Source: Dehalococcoidia bacterium (GTDB taxonomy: Bacteria > Chloroflexota > Dehalococcoidia > CAUJGQ01). From it: a stretch of 53,314 bases of DNA. Where the stretch lies: positions 1-53,314 of the forward strand of contig JBBQJF010000001.1 of NCBI GenBank assembly GCA_038325665.1, in the 5' to 3' direction. Below are positions 36,496 through 45,589 of the stretch, piece after piece (positions within the stretch are counted from its first letter, which is position 1; each line of letters opens with the position of its first letter). The notes under the pieces are model-generated. The model did not search any database. It saw only the letters and a program-made list of their open reading frames with translations, and was not told the DNA's origin. The position numbers and the translations under genes were made by a program.

Positions 36496-36603
36496 CAAGG
36501 GGAGTAACCGGCGCCCCATCCCTGGGGCGCTCCTCGGTCGTCAGTACCCCCGACCCGTCGGGGCGGCCGCGGATGCGAGACCTTCTCGCCTGGTGAGACC
36601 TTG
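36496..36603 (+). promoter_or_regulatory. candidate yybP-ykoY-like (Mn2+) riboswitch in the ATPase leader
   Basis: 5' CAAGG-GGAGUAAC and 3' GAGA-CCUUG can form the closing helix flanked by the family hallmark sequences (GGGGAGUAG / AGACC). Three GC hairpins lie in between. Length of ~108 nt is typical for the family. Confidence 0.35.
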
Positions 36604-36905
36604 GCGTACCCGGCAACGCGCTGGGACGGCCGGGGTTTCGCGGGTCTACAGGAGGTGTCGCCCATGCCCTTCCATGGTCTCTTTTCTCATGTGCGCCTCC
36701 TTGCCCCCGATTGATCGGTACGCTGCATTGCGCGTAAGACGCTGCATCGCCGGTGACCTGAGCGCCGCCCCATGTGGACGGCAACATGGGTCCATCCCTG
36801 ATGGCGCGCGGCGTCCGTTCGACGCTCTTCTCGACCGGGGATACCCACGGCGGGAATATGTCGACCCCGCCACGGGGCGAAGTAATCGATGAGATGAGGC
36901 TGACG

Positions 36906-39707
36906 ATGAGCGATTGGTATGGGCGGGACACCCATGATGTCATACAGGAACTCCGCACCGACCCATCAACCGGGTTGAGCGCGGCCGAGGCGGCGCTCCG
37001 CTCGCGCGACCACGGTCCCAACGAGCTTGTGCAGGAGGCGCTCAAGCGTCCGTGGCGGATTATCTGGGAACAACTGACCGCCTTGATGGTGCTGATCTTA
37101 CTCGGCGCCGCCGCGCTGGCAGCGGTCGTCGGTGACGTCAAAGACGTGGTCGCGATCCTGGTGATCGTGGTGATCAACACTGTCTTGGGCTTCTCACAGG
37201 AGTACCGGGCGGAGCGCGCGATGGCCGCGCTGCGGCAGATGGCCGCGCCGTCGGTGCGTGTGCGCCGCGATGGCCAGGTACAGACGGTGTCCGCCCGCGG
37301 CCTGACACCTGGCGATGTCGTGCTGCTCGAGACGGGCAATCTCGTGCCGGCCGATGGGCGCCTGTTGGAGAGCGTGAACCTCCGGGTGGGGGAGGCCGCA
37401 CTCACCGGAGAGTCCGAGCCGGTGGAGAAGGCGACGCACGCCCTGACTGGCGCCGATCTGCCGCTGGGTGACCGCGTCAATATGGCGTACATGGGAACGG
37501 TGGTGACGTACGGTCGCGGCCAAATGGTCGTCACGGACACTGGCATGCGCACCGAGCTTGGCCGTATCGCCGGCCTGATCAAGAGCGTGCATGTCCAGAA
37601 CTCCCCGCTGCAGCAACGCCTTAACGCCGTCGGTCGGTATCTGATCGCGCTGATCGTGCTGGTGGTCGGCGCGGTATTCGCGCTCGGTGTGCTGCGCGGC
37701 GAAGAGGCGCGGGTCATGACCATGACCGCGATTAGCATGGCTGTTGCCGCGGTGCCGGAGGCGCTGTGGGCGGTGGTGACGATATCGCTGGCGCTCGGCG
37801 CGCAACGGATGCTCAAGCGCCGGGCGCTGATTCGCAAACTCTTGGCCGTCGAAACCCTTGGCTCGACCTCGGTGATCTGCTCGGACAAGACCGATACGCT
37901 CACCGAAAACCGGATGACCGTGACAGTGCTCGATGTCGCCGGCCACCGTCTCGACCTGACCGAGCAATTGCGTGGGTCCACCCCTGGCGTGCCGGCGACA
38001 CCAGACGCACGGCCGGCGATCGCGGGCCAGTCCGGCTTGGCGCTGTTGTTAGCCTCGGGCGCGCTGGCCAATGACGCGGTTCTGAGCACGCCGGTCGGTG
38101 ACGAGCGCGGCTTCCATGCCGTGGGCGACCCTACCGAGGCGGCATTCGTGGTCGCGGCCGCCCATTTCGGGTTGCTCAAGAGCGACCTGGAGCGGTCGTT
38201 CCCCCGGGTCGGTGAGAGACCGTTCGACTCGGAGCGGAGGCGAATGACCACGGTGCACGCGCTGCCCACCCCCGGGGACTTTCCCGCCCAGTTCGCGCCC
38301 GGCTGGGACAAAGGGCTGACCGACGTGGACGCCTCGCATGTCGCCTTCACCAAGGGTGGGGTGGACAGCGTGCTTGACGTGGCGACGGCGGTGTACATCG
38401 ACGGCCACGTTGAGCCGCTCACGCCGTCATGGCGTGAACGGATTACCGCCGCGAATGAGCGGCTGGCACGGAGCGGCATGCGGGTGCTCGGGGCAGCGTA
38501 TCGCCCGCTGACTGCCAATTTCAGCACGGGCAGTGAAGGCGCCGAGGCCGAGCTTATCTTCGTCGGCATGGTCGGGATGATTGATCCGCCCCGCCGGCAG
38601 GTAAAGGAGGCAATCGCGACCTGCCGCCGGGCTGGTATTCGCACGGTGATGATCACCGGTGACCATCCGCTGACCGCGATCGCGATTGCGCGGGAACTCG
38701 GCATGGACAGCGGTGGGCGCGTGATCACCGGGGCGGAGCTGTCCCGCATGAGCGCCGCCGAACTTGAGGCGGTGGTCGAGGACGTCTCGGTTTATGCGCG
38801 CGTGTCGCCCGAGCACAAGCTGCTGATTGTGCAGGCGCTCCAGAATCGGGGCCAGGTCGTCGCGATGACGGGCGACGGTGTCAACGACGCGCCTGCCCTG
38901 CGCAAGGCGAACATCGGCGTGGCGATGGGCATTGCCGGCACCGACGTCTCCAAGGAAGCGGCGGACATGGTGCTGCTGGACGACAACTTCGCCACCATCG
39001 TCGCGTCGGTGGAGGAGGGACGGTCGGTATACGACAACATCCGTCGCTTCATCCGCTACAGCTTAGCCGGCAACTTCGGCAAGATCGCGGTCATGTTCAC
39101 CGGTCCCTTCCTCGGCATGCCGCTCCCGCTGCAGCCGATCCAGATCTTGTGGATGAACGTGGTCAACGACGGGCTGCCAGGACTGGCGATGAGCGCGGAG
39201 CGGGCGGAACCTGACACGATGCGCCGGCCGCCGATTCGCGCCTCCGCGAGCATCTTCGACCGGGGCATGGGGCTGCATATCGCCTGGGTCGGGCTGCTGA
39301 TTGGCGCGCTCGCCCTTGGCGCCGGGTACTGGTACTGGCAGGCAGGGGATGCCGCGTGGCAGACCGTAACCCTCACGATCATCATTTTCGGGCAGATGGC
39401 GCACGCGTTGGCGGTGCGCTCCACGCGGCAATCGCTCCTCGGCCTCGGGCTGCTCAGCAACCGGCCGTTGATCGGCGCTATCGGCGTGAATATCGCTCTG
39501 CACATGGTGATGGTGTACGTGCCGGTGATGCAGGATCTGCTCGGTACCACCGCGCTGTCGCTGTTTGACCTGGCCCTCTGTCTGGCCCTGGCATTGGTGG
39601 TGTTGGTGGCGGTGGAGATCCAGAAGCTGGTGCTCCGCCGCCTCGGCGGACGCTCGGCCATCTCACCGATCGAAGTCAAGGATATGCTGATGGAGCCACG
39701 GGGATGA
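36906..39707 (+). CDS. cation-transporting P-type ATPase (P2-type, Ca2+/Mn2+-like) with DKTDT instead of DKTGT
   Basis: LTGESEPVEK, ICSDKTDTLTENRM, MITGDHPLTA and MTGDGVNDAPALRKA, with 10 predicted TM helices. The start could be the ATG at 36894 or 36906. Confidence 0.88.
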   Translation: MSDWYGRDTHDVIQELRTDPSTGLSAAEAALRSRDHGPNELVQEALKRPWRIIWEQLTALMVLILLGAAALAAVVGDVKDVVAILVIVVINTVLGFSQEYRAERAMAALRQMAAPSVRVRRDGQVQTVSARGLTPGDVVLLETGNLVPADGRLLESVNLRVGEAALTGESEPVEKATHALTGADLPLGDRVNMAYMGTVVTYGRGQMVVTDTGMRTELGRIAGLIKSVHVQNSPLQQRLNAVGRYLIALIVLVVGAVFALGVLRGEEARVMTMTAISMAVAAVPEALWAVVTISLALGAQRMLKRRALIRKLLAVETLGSTSVICSDKTDTLTENRMTVTVLDVAGHRLDLTEQLRGSTPGVPATPDARPAIAGQSGLALLLASGALANDAVLSTPVGDERGFHAVGDPTEAAFVVAAAHFGLLKSDLERSFPRVGERPFDSERRRMTTVHALPTPGDFPAQFAPGWDKGLTDVDASHVAFTKGGVDSVLDVATAVYIDGHVEPLTPSWRERITAANERLARSGMRVLGAAYRPLTANFSTGSEGAEAELIFVGMVGMIDPPRRQVKEAIATCRRAGIRTVMITGDHPLTAIAIARELGMDSGGRVITGAELSRMSAAELEAVVEDVSVYARVSPEHKLLIVQALQNRGQVVAMTGDGVNDAPALRKANIGVAMGIAGTDVSKEAADMVLLDDNFATIVASVEEGRSVYDNIRRFIRYSLAGNFGKIAVMFTGPFLGMPLPLQPIQILWMNVVNDGLPGLAMSAERAEPDTMRRPPIRASASIFDRGMGLHIAWVGLLIGALALGAGYWYWQAGDAAWQTVTLTIIIFGQMAHALAVRSTRQSLLGLGLLSNRPLIGAIGVNIALHMVMVYVPVMQDLLGTTALSLFDLALCLALALVVLVAVEIQKLVLRRLGGRSAISPIEVKDMLMEPRG

Positions 39708-40314
39708 ATCCACACGAGCAGCCAGCAGCGGACGCCGGTGCGACGCGGTCTGACTCGGTGGCCACCGCGGGACTCGGGCCGGTGCCGGCGCTGATTGGCT
39801 CCACGCGCTTCATCGCGCTGCTGGGGGTGGGCGCCGTGCTCTTGATCGCGATGTATCTGTTCGCCCTGGCCACCGGGTTAGCCGGGATGATCGTCTGGCA
39901 GACGTCGTGGGATATTGTGCGGGGTGCTCTCGATGTCGCGAGTCTCAAAGTGGAGTTCCTGAAGATCGTAACCCTGCTGTTGGAGGCGGTCGCCTTCTCC
40001 ATCATCGGCATCGGACTATACAGCTTGTTCATCGCTTGTTCATCGGGCCGCTGCCCTTTCAGGCAGGGCTGTAGGTGGATTCGCTGAATGACCTGGAGAC
40101 AAAAATCGTCAGTGTGATCATCGTGGTCCTGGCGCTGACCTTCTTGGAGGAGTTCACACGAGAGCAGCGCGCGGAGGACACATCGCAGTTCGGCGTCGCC
40201 GCGGCCGTGGTTGTGCCGGCGTTGGTGGCCTTCCAGCACCATATTGCGCGCGCCAAACCCTCCGCCCCCATGTCTGCCGCTCCGCTATCAGCCGCGTATC
40301 AGGATGCGCAGTAA
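39704..40314 (+). pseudogene. YqhA/UPF0114-family membrane protein disrupted by an 11-bp tandem duplication and an in-frame TAG
   Basis: N-terminal part ...GIGLYSLFI (frame of 39704) and C-terminal part DSLNDLETKIVSVIIVVLALTFLEEF (frame of 40075) match the family pattern GLYELFI...P.WL.I.SLDDLK.KL..VI..VL.V.F. CTTGTTCATCG is repeated at 40024-40034 and 40035-40045. TAG at 40072-40074. ATGA coupling to the ATPase stop codon. Confidence 0.6.
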
Positions 40315-40358
40315 CTCCTGGCCCTTGCCAGACCAAGCAGTGAAGAGGAGACAATACG

Positions 40359-41552
40359 ATGACTGCAGGACGTCAGCCGAACAGCGCGATTCCCCCCGCG
40401 CCCGCGCAGCAGGGGGTGGGCACCCTGCGCATTGGCACGGTGTTCGGATTCCCTATCCTGATCCATTGGAGCTGGTTTCTGGCGGTCGTTCTGGTGGCCT
40501 GGTCACTCGAGGCGAACTATCTGCCCGCGGTGTACCCCGACTGGACATCAGAGCGGCGCTGGGGCGTGGGCATGCTCGTCAGTCTGCTGTTCTTCGGGTC
40601 GGTGCTCGCGCATGAGCTGGCGCACGCGCTAGTGGCGCGCCGCCGGGGTTATCCCGTGGATAGTATTACCCTGTTGGTCTTCGGTGGCGTCTCTGCCATC
40701 GGTCAGGACGCCCGCACCGCACGCGATGAATTCTGGATCGCCGTGGTCGGTCCGCTGACCAGCTTCGTGATTGCCGCCCTCTTCGGCGCCGCGTGGCTCG
40801 CCGGACGGATGATGGACGCGGCGCTGCTGTACCCGATCGCCGGCTACCTCGCCCTCATTAACGTGTCGCTCGGGCTGTTCAACCTCGTGCCGGGCTTTCC
40901 GCTCGACGGCGGCCGGGTGCTGCGCGCCCTACTATGGGCGCGGAAGGGGAATATCCTGGAGGCGACGCGCCTGGCAACCATCGCCGGCCGCGCTGTCGCG
41001 GGCGCGATGATGCTGATTGGCCTGATCAGCATCATCGCCGGAGGATTCTTAAGTGGCTTCTGGTTCATCCTGATCGGCTGGTTTCTATGGGGCGCGGCGG
41101 AGTCCAGTTACCAGCAGTTGCTGCTGCGTACCAGTCTGGAAGGCATCACGGTGGAAACGTTGGTGGAGCGGGACGTGCCCCGTGTTGCGCCCGACCTGAG
41201 CATTGGCGAACTCGTCAATCAGCATGTGTTGCGGCACAACCGGCGGGTATTCTTCGTCGCTCCCGACGGGCCTGAGGATGGCGAGATTCAGGGGTTGATC
41301 ACGCTCACGGATATCAAGCGTGTGCCGGAGGTCGAATGGGCGACCACCTCGGTGTATCGCACGATGACGCCGCGCGACCGGCTCGTTGTCGCGGCGCCGC
41401 TCACCGAGGCGCTGTCGGCGTTGGAGCTCATGGTCCAGAACAAAGTGCACCAGTTGCCCGTGTTCCAAGGGCGTGTGCCGCTTGGCCTGCTCACGCGCGA
41501 GGGTGTCATCCAGGCCATCCGGCTACGCAGCACGTTCGGCCGCTCTGGATAG
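40359..41552 (+). CDS. site-2 protease family (M50) metalloprotease with a C-terminal CBS pair
   Basis: HELAHALVARRRG (HExxH), LFNLVPGFPLDGGRVL and two CBS-like repeats at the C-terminus. GAGGAG RBS. Confidence 0.85.
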   Translation: MTAGRQPNSAIPPAPAQQGVGTLRIGTVFGFPILIHWSWFLAVVLVAWSLEANYLPAVYPDWTSERRWGVGMLVSLLFFGSVLAHELAHALVARRRGYPVDSITLLVFGGVSAIGQDARTARDEFWIAVVGPLTSFVIAALFGAAWLAGRMMDAALLYPIAGYLALINVSLGLFNLVPGFPLDGGRVLRALLWARKGNILEATRLATIAGRAVAGAMMLIGLISIIAGGFLSGFWFILIGWFLWGAAESSYQQLLLRTSLEGITVETLVERDVPRVAPDLSIGELVNQHVLRHNRRVFFVAPDGPEDGEIQGLITLTDIKRVPEVEWATTSVYRTMTPRDRLVVAAPLTEALSALELMVQNKVHQLPVFQGRVPLGLLTREGVIQAIRLRSTFGRSG

Positions 41553-41610
41553 CGACGGTCGAACCCGTGCGCTCCAGACTCACCAAGGGCGTATCCTAAT
41601 TGTGATTGAC

Positions 41611-41958
41611 ATGAACGGATGGACCTTTCTCACCAACCATGCCCACGTCCTGCTCTGCATCGAGCGCGACCAGGACGTGCGGCTGCGCGACCTCGCCGAT
41701 CTGGTCGGTATTACCGAACGGGCGGCGCAGCGGATCGTCAACGAACTCATCGACGCGGGATACGTGTCGCGGGAGCGGGTCGGCCGGCGAAACCACTACG
41801 TGGTTCACCCCAATCTTCCGCTGCGGCATTCGCTCGAGTGCCATCGTGATGTTGGCGCTTTGCTCACGTTGTTGGCGGCGCCGTCAAAGACGACGCGGAC
41901 TCCCACGTCAACTCGCTACCCTTTGACCGAGCCAGCGAGGATGCCGGAGACGAAGTAG
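41611..41958 (+). CDS. winged-helix (ArsR/MarR-like) transcriptional regulator
   Basis: FLTNHAHVLLCIERDQDVRLRDLADLVGITERAAQRIVNELIDAGYVSRERVGRRNHY. The start could be the GTG at 41602. Confidence 0.65.
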   Translation: MNGWTFLTNHAHVLLCIERDQDVRLRDLADLVGITERAAQRIVNELIDAGYVSRERVGRRNHYVVHPNLPLRHSLECHRDVGALLTLLAAPSKTTRTPTSTRYPLTEPARMPETK

Positions 41959-42806
41959 CGTTGCAGCGCGAAGAACACCACCAGTGGCAGCGCCATCGAG
42001 ATGAACGCGGCAGCGGTCAGCAATTGCCAGTCCTGTCCGAGCGAGTTGACCAGATTGCTTATCGTCACCGGCATCGGCGCGACATCGGGACGGCCACCGA
42101 GATAAACCAGCGCCACCAAAAGGTCGTTCCACACCCACATGAACTGAAAAATCGCCACCGACGCCAGCGCCGGCACCGACGTGGGCAATACTAACCGGAA
42201 GAACACGGTCCAGGGTCCCGCGCCGTCGATCGACGCCGACTCCATCATCTCCCGCGGCAGCGCGCCGAAGAAGTTGCGGAACAGGTAGATCGCGAACGGC
42301 AGGCCGTAGCCAGTGTGCGCCAGCCAGATGCCGAAGAATGTGCCCGTCAACCCGAGCGAGGTAAACAGCCGCAGCACGGGGATCAAGGTCATCTGCAATG
42401 GCACCACCAGCAGGCCGACGACCACCAGGAACAGCCAGTTCCGGCCGGGGAAGTCCATCCAAGCGAAGGCGTATGCCGCGAAGGCCGCGATCAAGATCGG
42501 GATGATGGTCGCGGGGATGGTCACGAACAGGCTGTTGACGAAGCTGCGACCCATGTTATTAGTGTTCAATACGCGGTCGTAGTTTTCGACGGTGAACTGA
42601 TACGGCGGCGTCAACGCCTCCCACCATCCGCTGCTCGAAACCAGCGCCGGCGGTCGGAAGGACGACACCAGCAGACCAACCGCCGGCGCCAGCCACAGCA
42701 GGCAAATGACCACGATCACGACATGGAGCGGCCCCTGGCGGACTTTGCGTCCGAACCGTGCCGGCGCCGACACATCGCGTGTACGGGGGAGGGTGAGCGT
42801 TGCCAT
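41916..42806 (-). CDS. carbohydrate ABC transporter permease (MalG-like)
   Basis: 6 TM helices. EAA loop is ESASIDGAGPWTVFFRLVLP. The start ATG at 42806 overlaps the upstream stop codon. Confidence 0.9.
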   Translation of the reverse strand: MATLTLPRTRDVSAPARFGRKVRQGPLHVVIVVICLLWLAPAVGLLVSSFRPPALVSSSGWWEALTPPYQFTVENYDRVLNTNNMGRSFVNSLFVTIPATIIPILIAAFAAYAFAWMDFPGRNWLFLVVVGLLVVPLQMTLIPVLRLFTSLGLTGTFFGIWLAHTGYGLPFAIYLFRNFFGALPREMMESASIDGAGPWTVFFRLVLPTSVPALASVAIFQFMWVWNDLLVALVYLGGRPDVAPMPVTISNLVNSLGQDWQLLTAAAFISMALPLVVFFALQRYFVSGILAGSVKG

Positions 42807-43783
42807 CAGCGTATCGCCTCCTGCTGACGGAACCGGCGCAAGTTGAACAGCATGACTGGCACGATCGCCGCGAGCAATAGCACGGCGATCGCGCTCGCCC
42901 GGCCGAAGTGCCGGACATTGAACATTTCCTTGTACATGCGGTTCGCGATCACGTCGGTGTCGAAGTTGCCATTGGTCATGATGTAGACGATATCGAACGC
43001 CTTGAGCGCGGTGATGATCATCGTGGTGGTCACGACCGCGAGCGTCGTGCCGAGCATCGGGAAGGTGATCCTCCAGAAGATCTGGAACTCGTTCGCGCCG
43101 TCCACACGCCCCGCCTCCAGTACGTCCGCCGGGATTCCTTTGAGTCCGGCCGAAATGATCACCAGACAGAACCCGGTCCATATCCAGACCGCCGCGATGA
43201 TCAGGGCGATGTTGTTTCCGGGTCGATTGATCAGCCACGCTTGGGGCTCGAAGCCGGGTACAGTGGCGGACAGCGCGGCGTTCACGGCGCCAGTCTGGGG
43301 TGTGCCGGGCGGACGGTAATCGTACATGAAACGCCAGATCACGCCGGCGGCGACGAACGAGATCGCCATCGGCATGAAGATAATCGCCTTGCTCACCGAT
43401 TCATAGCGAACCCGGTCGGTGAGCACCGCGATCAGCAGGCCGAATAACACCGTGAGTCCCGTGAACAACACTAACCACAGGGCATTGTTGCGGAGTGCCG
43501 TCAGCATCGCCCGGTCATCGAATAGGTAGCGGTAGTTGTCGAGACCGACGAACCGCTTCGAGTCCGGGCCGAGGAAGCTGAGCACGACCGTGTAAATCGC
43601 TGGATAGACCAAGAACACCGATAAGAAGATCAGCGCGGGCGCTAACCACAGCCACGGCCGCACGCGATCGCGCTGCCGCTCGGGGAGCAGGCGCAGGAAC
43701 CCCTCGATCAGCGTCACGTAGCCGATTAACACGGCTGGGACGCCCACGACCACCACCAGCGCCAGCACCAGCCGGTCGCTCAT
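42806..43783 (-). CDS. carbohydrate ABC transporter permease (MalF-like)
   Basis: EAA loop is EAGRVDGANEFQIFWRITFP. GGGAG RBS upstream of the ATG at 43783 (alternative ATG at 43804). Confidence 0.9.
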   Translation of the reverse strand: MSDRLVLALVVVVGVPAVLIGYVTLIEGFLRLLPERQRDRVRPWLWLAPALIFLSVFLVYPAIYTVVLSFLGPDSKRFVGLDNYRYLFDDRAMLTALRNNALWLVLFTGLTVLFGLLIAVLTDRVRYESVSKAIIFMPMAISFVAAGVIWRFMYDYRPPGTPQTGAVNAALSATVPGFEPQAWLINRPGNNIALIIAAVWIWTGFCLVIISAGLKGIPADVLEAGRVDGANEFQIFWRITFPMLGTTLAVVTTTMIITALKAFDIVYIMTNGNFDTDVIANRMYKEMFNVRHFGRASAIAVLLLAAIVPVMLFNLRRFRQQEAIR

Positions 43784-43897
43784 CTTCACGCTCCCGTTGG
43801 ACATCACCCCCAAGGGGCCGGCAGTCGCGAGGGATGATGGTGGTGTGCGGCCATCTCCCTCGCCAAGCGCCGGCGTGTCCTCGTGGTGGTGCGGCAC

Positions 43898-45277
43898 TTA
43901 CCGCTTATAAGAGTCATCCTGGACGCGGTCGAGGCCGGCGAGGATGCTGTCGAGGTTGTTTGGACTCTGAACGAAATCGAGCACGGCGCGCAGGAAGGCG
44001 TTGTTCATCGCCTCTGGCATCAGGTCGGAGGCATCGAAGCGCACGGACTTGGCCGTGACCAGCGTCTCCGCCATCTGACGGGCAATCGCGTCGGGGTACT
44101 GATCGGGGGTGACTTTCTTGTTCGGCGTCAACGCCCCGCCGCGCTTGACCCAGATTGCCTGTGCCTCGGGCGTGGTTAGATACTGCATCAAGGCGCGGGC
44201 CTGCGGCGTGTCTTTGAACATGCCAAACAGGTCGCCCGCGACCTCGACCGAGCCGGCGTGGCGCGACTCGATGTCGGGGAAGGGGAAGAAGTTGAAGTCG
44301 TCCACCGGCTTGATGTTGGGATTCGCCTTCACAAAGAACTCGGTGATGAAGCTGCCCTGGTGATGCAGATAGCAGCGCGGCGGGCTGCTGAACAGCGGCG
44401 CGCCGGCGTCACCGAAGTTGGTCGCCTGCATGTACTGGCGTCCGCCGAACACCAGCTTGTCGTTGGCCGTGATTTGCCCCCAGGTTTGCCATGCCTTCTT
44501 GATCTCGGGCGATGTCCACTTCAGCTTACCCTGGTACCATCGGTCGTACGCGTCCGGGCCAGCCTGGCGCAGCACGATATCCTCGATCCAGTCGGTGCCG
44601 GGCCATCCACTGGCCGCGCCGCTGGCGAGACCGATACACCACGGCGTGGTACCGGTTGACGCGATCTTCTCGGAGAGCGCGATCAGCTCGTCCCAGGTCT
44701 TGGGCATCGTACCGCCGCCGGCCTGGGGCAGCGTTTTGATGTTGTACCAGATCGAGCCTTTGAGCGCCGCCTTGATTAAGATGCCCACCTGCTTGTTATC
44801 GACCTGGCCGAGTTTCATCCAGTCGTCAGAGTATTGGTCTTTGAGCGCCGCTTGGTCGAGCACCGGCCCAAGATCAACGATCTTGCCCGCGCGGGCGAAT
44901 TCCGCCATCTGGCCGGGGCCGGGTAGCCCGGCGACATCGGGTGGGTTATTGCCCTGAACACGCGTGGTTAGTATCGCGTTTAGGTCGCGTGTACCCTCGT
45001 ACTCGACCTTGATGCCGGTCGCCTGCTCGAACGGCCGGACCATTGCCAGAAAGCTCTCCTGCTCGCTACCGCCCCAGGTTGCCAGCACGGAGACCTTGCC
45101 GCCGATTCGCGCTGCTGTTCCGGCGGCCGCGGCGGCCGCGGTTCCGCCAGTGCCAGGAACGACGGTCGGCGCGCTGGCCTTGTTGCCGTCGTCTCCGCCG
45201 CAGGCGGCGAACGTGCACGCGAGTAGCAGGAGCAGCAGTGGGCGAACGATTGCCAGACGTGGTGTCACCATGTGCAT
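43898..45277 (-). CDS. extracellular solute-binding lipoprotein of a sugar ABC importer
   Basis: Lipoprotein signal LLLLLLACTFAAC-GG. Family-1 SBP-like sequence. GGAGG RBS upstream of the ATG at 45277. Confidence 0.88.
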   Translation of the reverse strand: MHMVTPRLAIVRPLLLLLLACTFAACGGDDGNKASAPTVVPGTGGTAAAAAAGTAARIGGKVSVLATWGGSEQESFLAMVRPFEQATGIKVEYEGTRDLNAILTTRVQGNNPPDVAGLPGPGQMAEFARAGKIVDLGPVLDQAALKDQYSDDWMKLGQVDNKQVGILIKAALKGSIWYNIKTLPQAGGGTMPKTWDELIALSEKIASTGTTPWCIGLASGAASGWPGTDWIEDIVLRQAGPDAYDRWYQGKLKWTSPEIKKAWQTWGQITANDKLVFGGRQYMQATNFGDAGAPLFSSPPRCYLHHQGSFITEFFVKANPNIKPVDDFNFFPFPDIESRHAGSVEVAGDLFGMFKDTPQARALMQYLTTPEAQAIWVKRGGALTPNKKVTPDQYPDAIARQMAETLVTAKSVRFDASDLMPEAMNNAFLRAVLDFVQSPNNLDSILAGLDRVQDDSYKR

Positions 45278-45589
45278 GGTTGCCTCCTCTGCCAATAGAC
45301 CGACTGGCGGGGTAGTTCCATATATACGCGCATTGTCTGCTACCGGACAAGGGCACACCGCTCCGTGCGAACACCCCGCGAACGGGATGACTCGTGCGGA
45401 GGCCGTTGGTCGTCCGGCGCCATCCGTGCGTACACGGTGGCCGGTCATCCTTCATGCATCTGACACCGGGGACGGCCATCGAATCCATTACCCATGGGAG
45501 TGATGATGCTCAGGAATCGGGAATGAGCCGGATGCAACCTGCTCGCAACAACGACGAAGACGGTATGGCAAAGGCGGGTGGGCCGCCAA

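Noticed and set aside
35954-38749. 931-aa ORF on the minus strand, the longest unexplained ORF in the window.
   Set aside because: It is antisense to the P-type ATPase, whose + strand translation carries all the family motifs. The minus-strand product is low-complexity and Ser/Arg/Ala/Pro/Thr-rich with no motifs. It is a typical high-GC shadow ORF.
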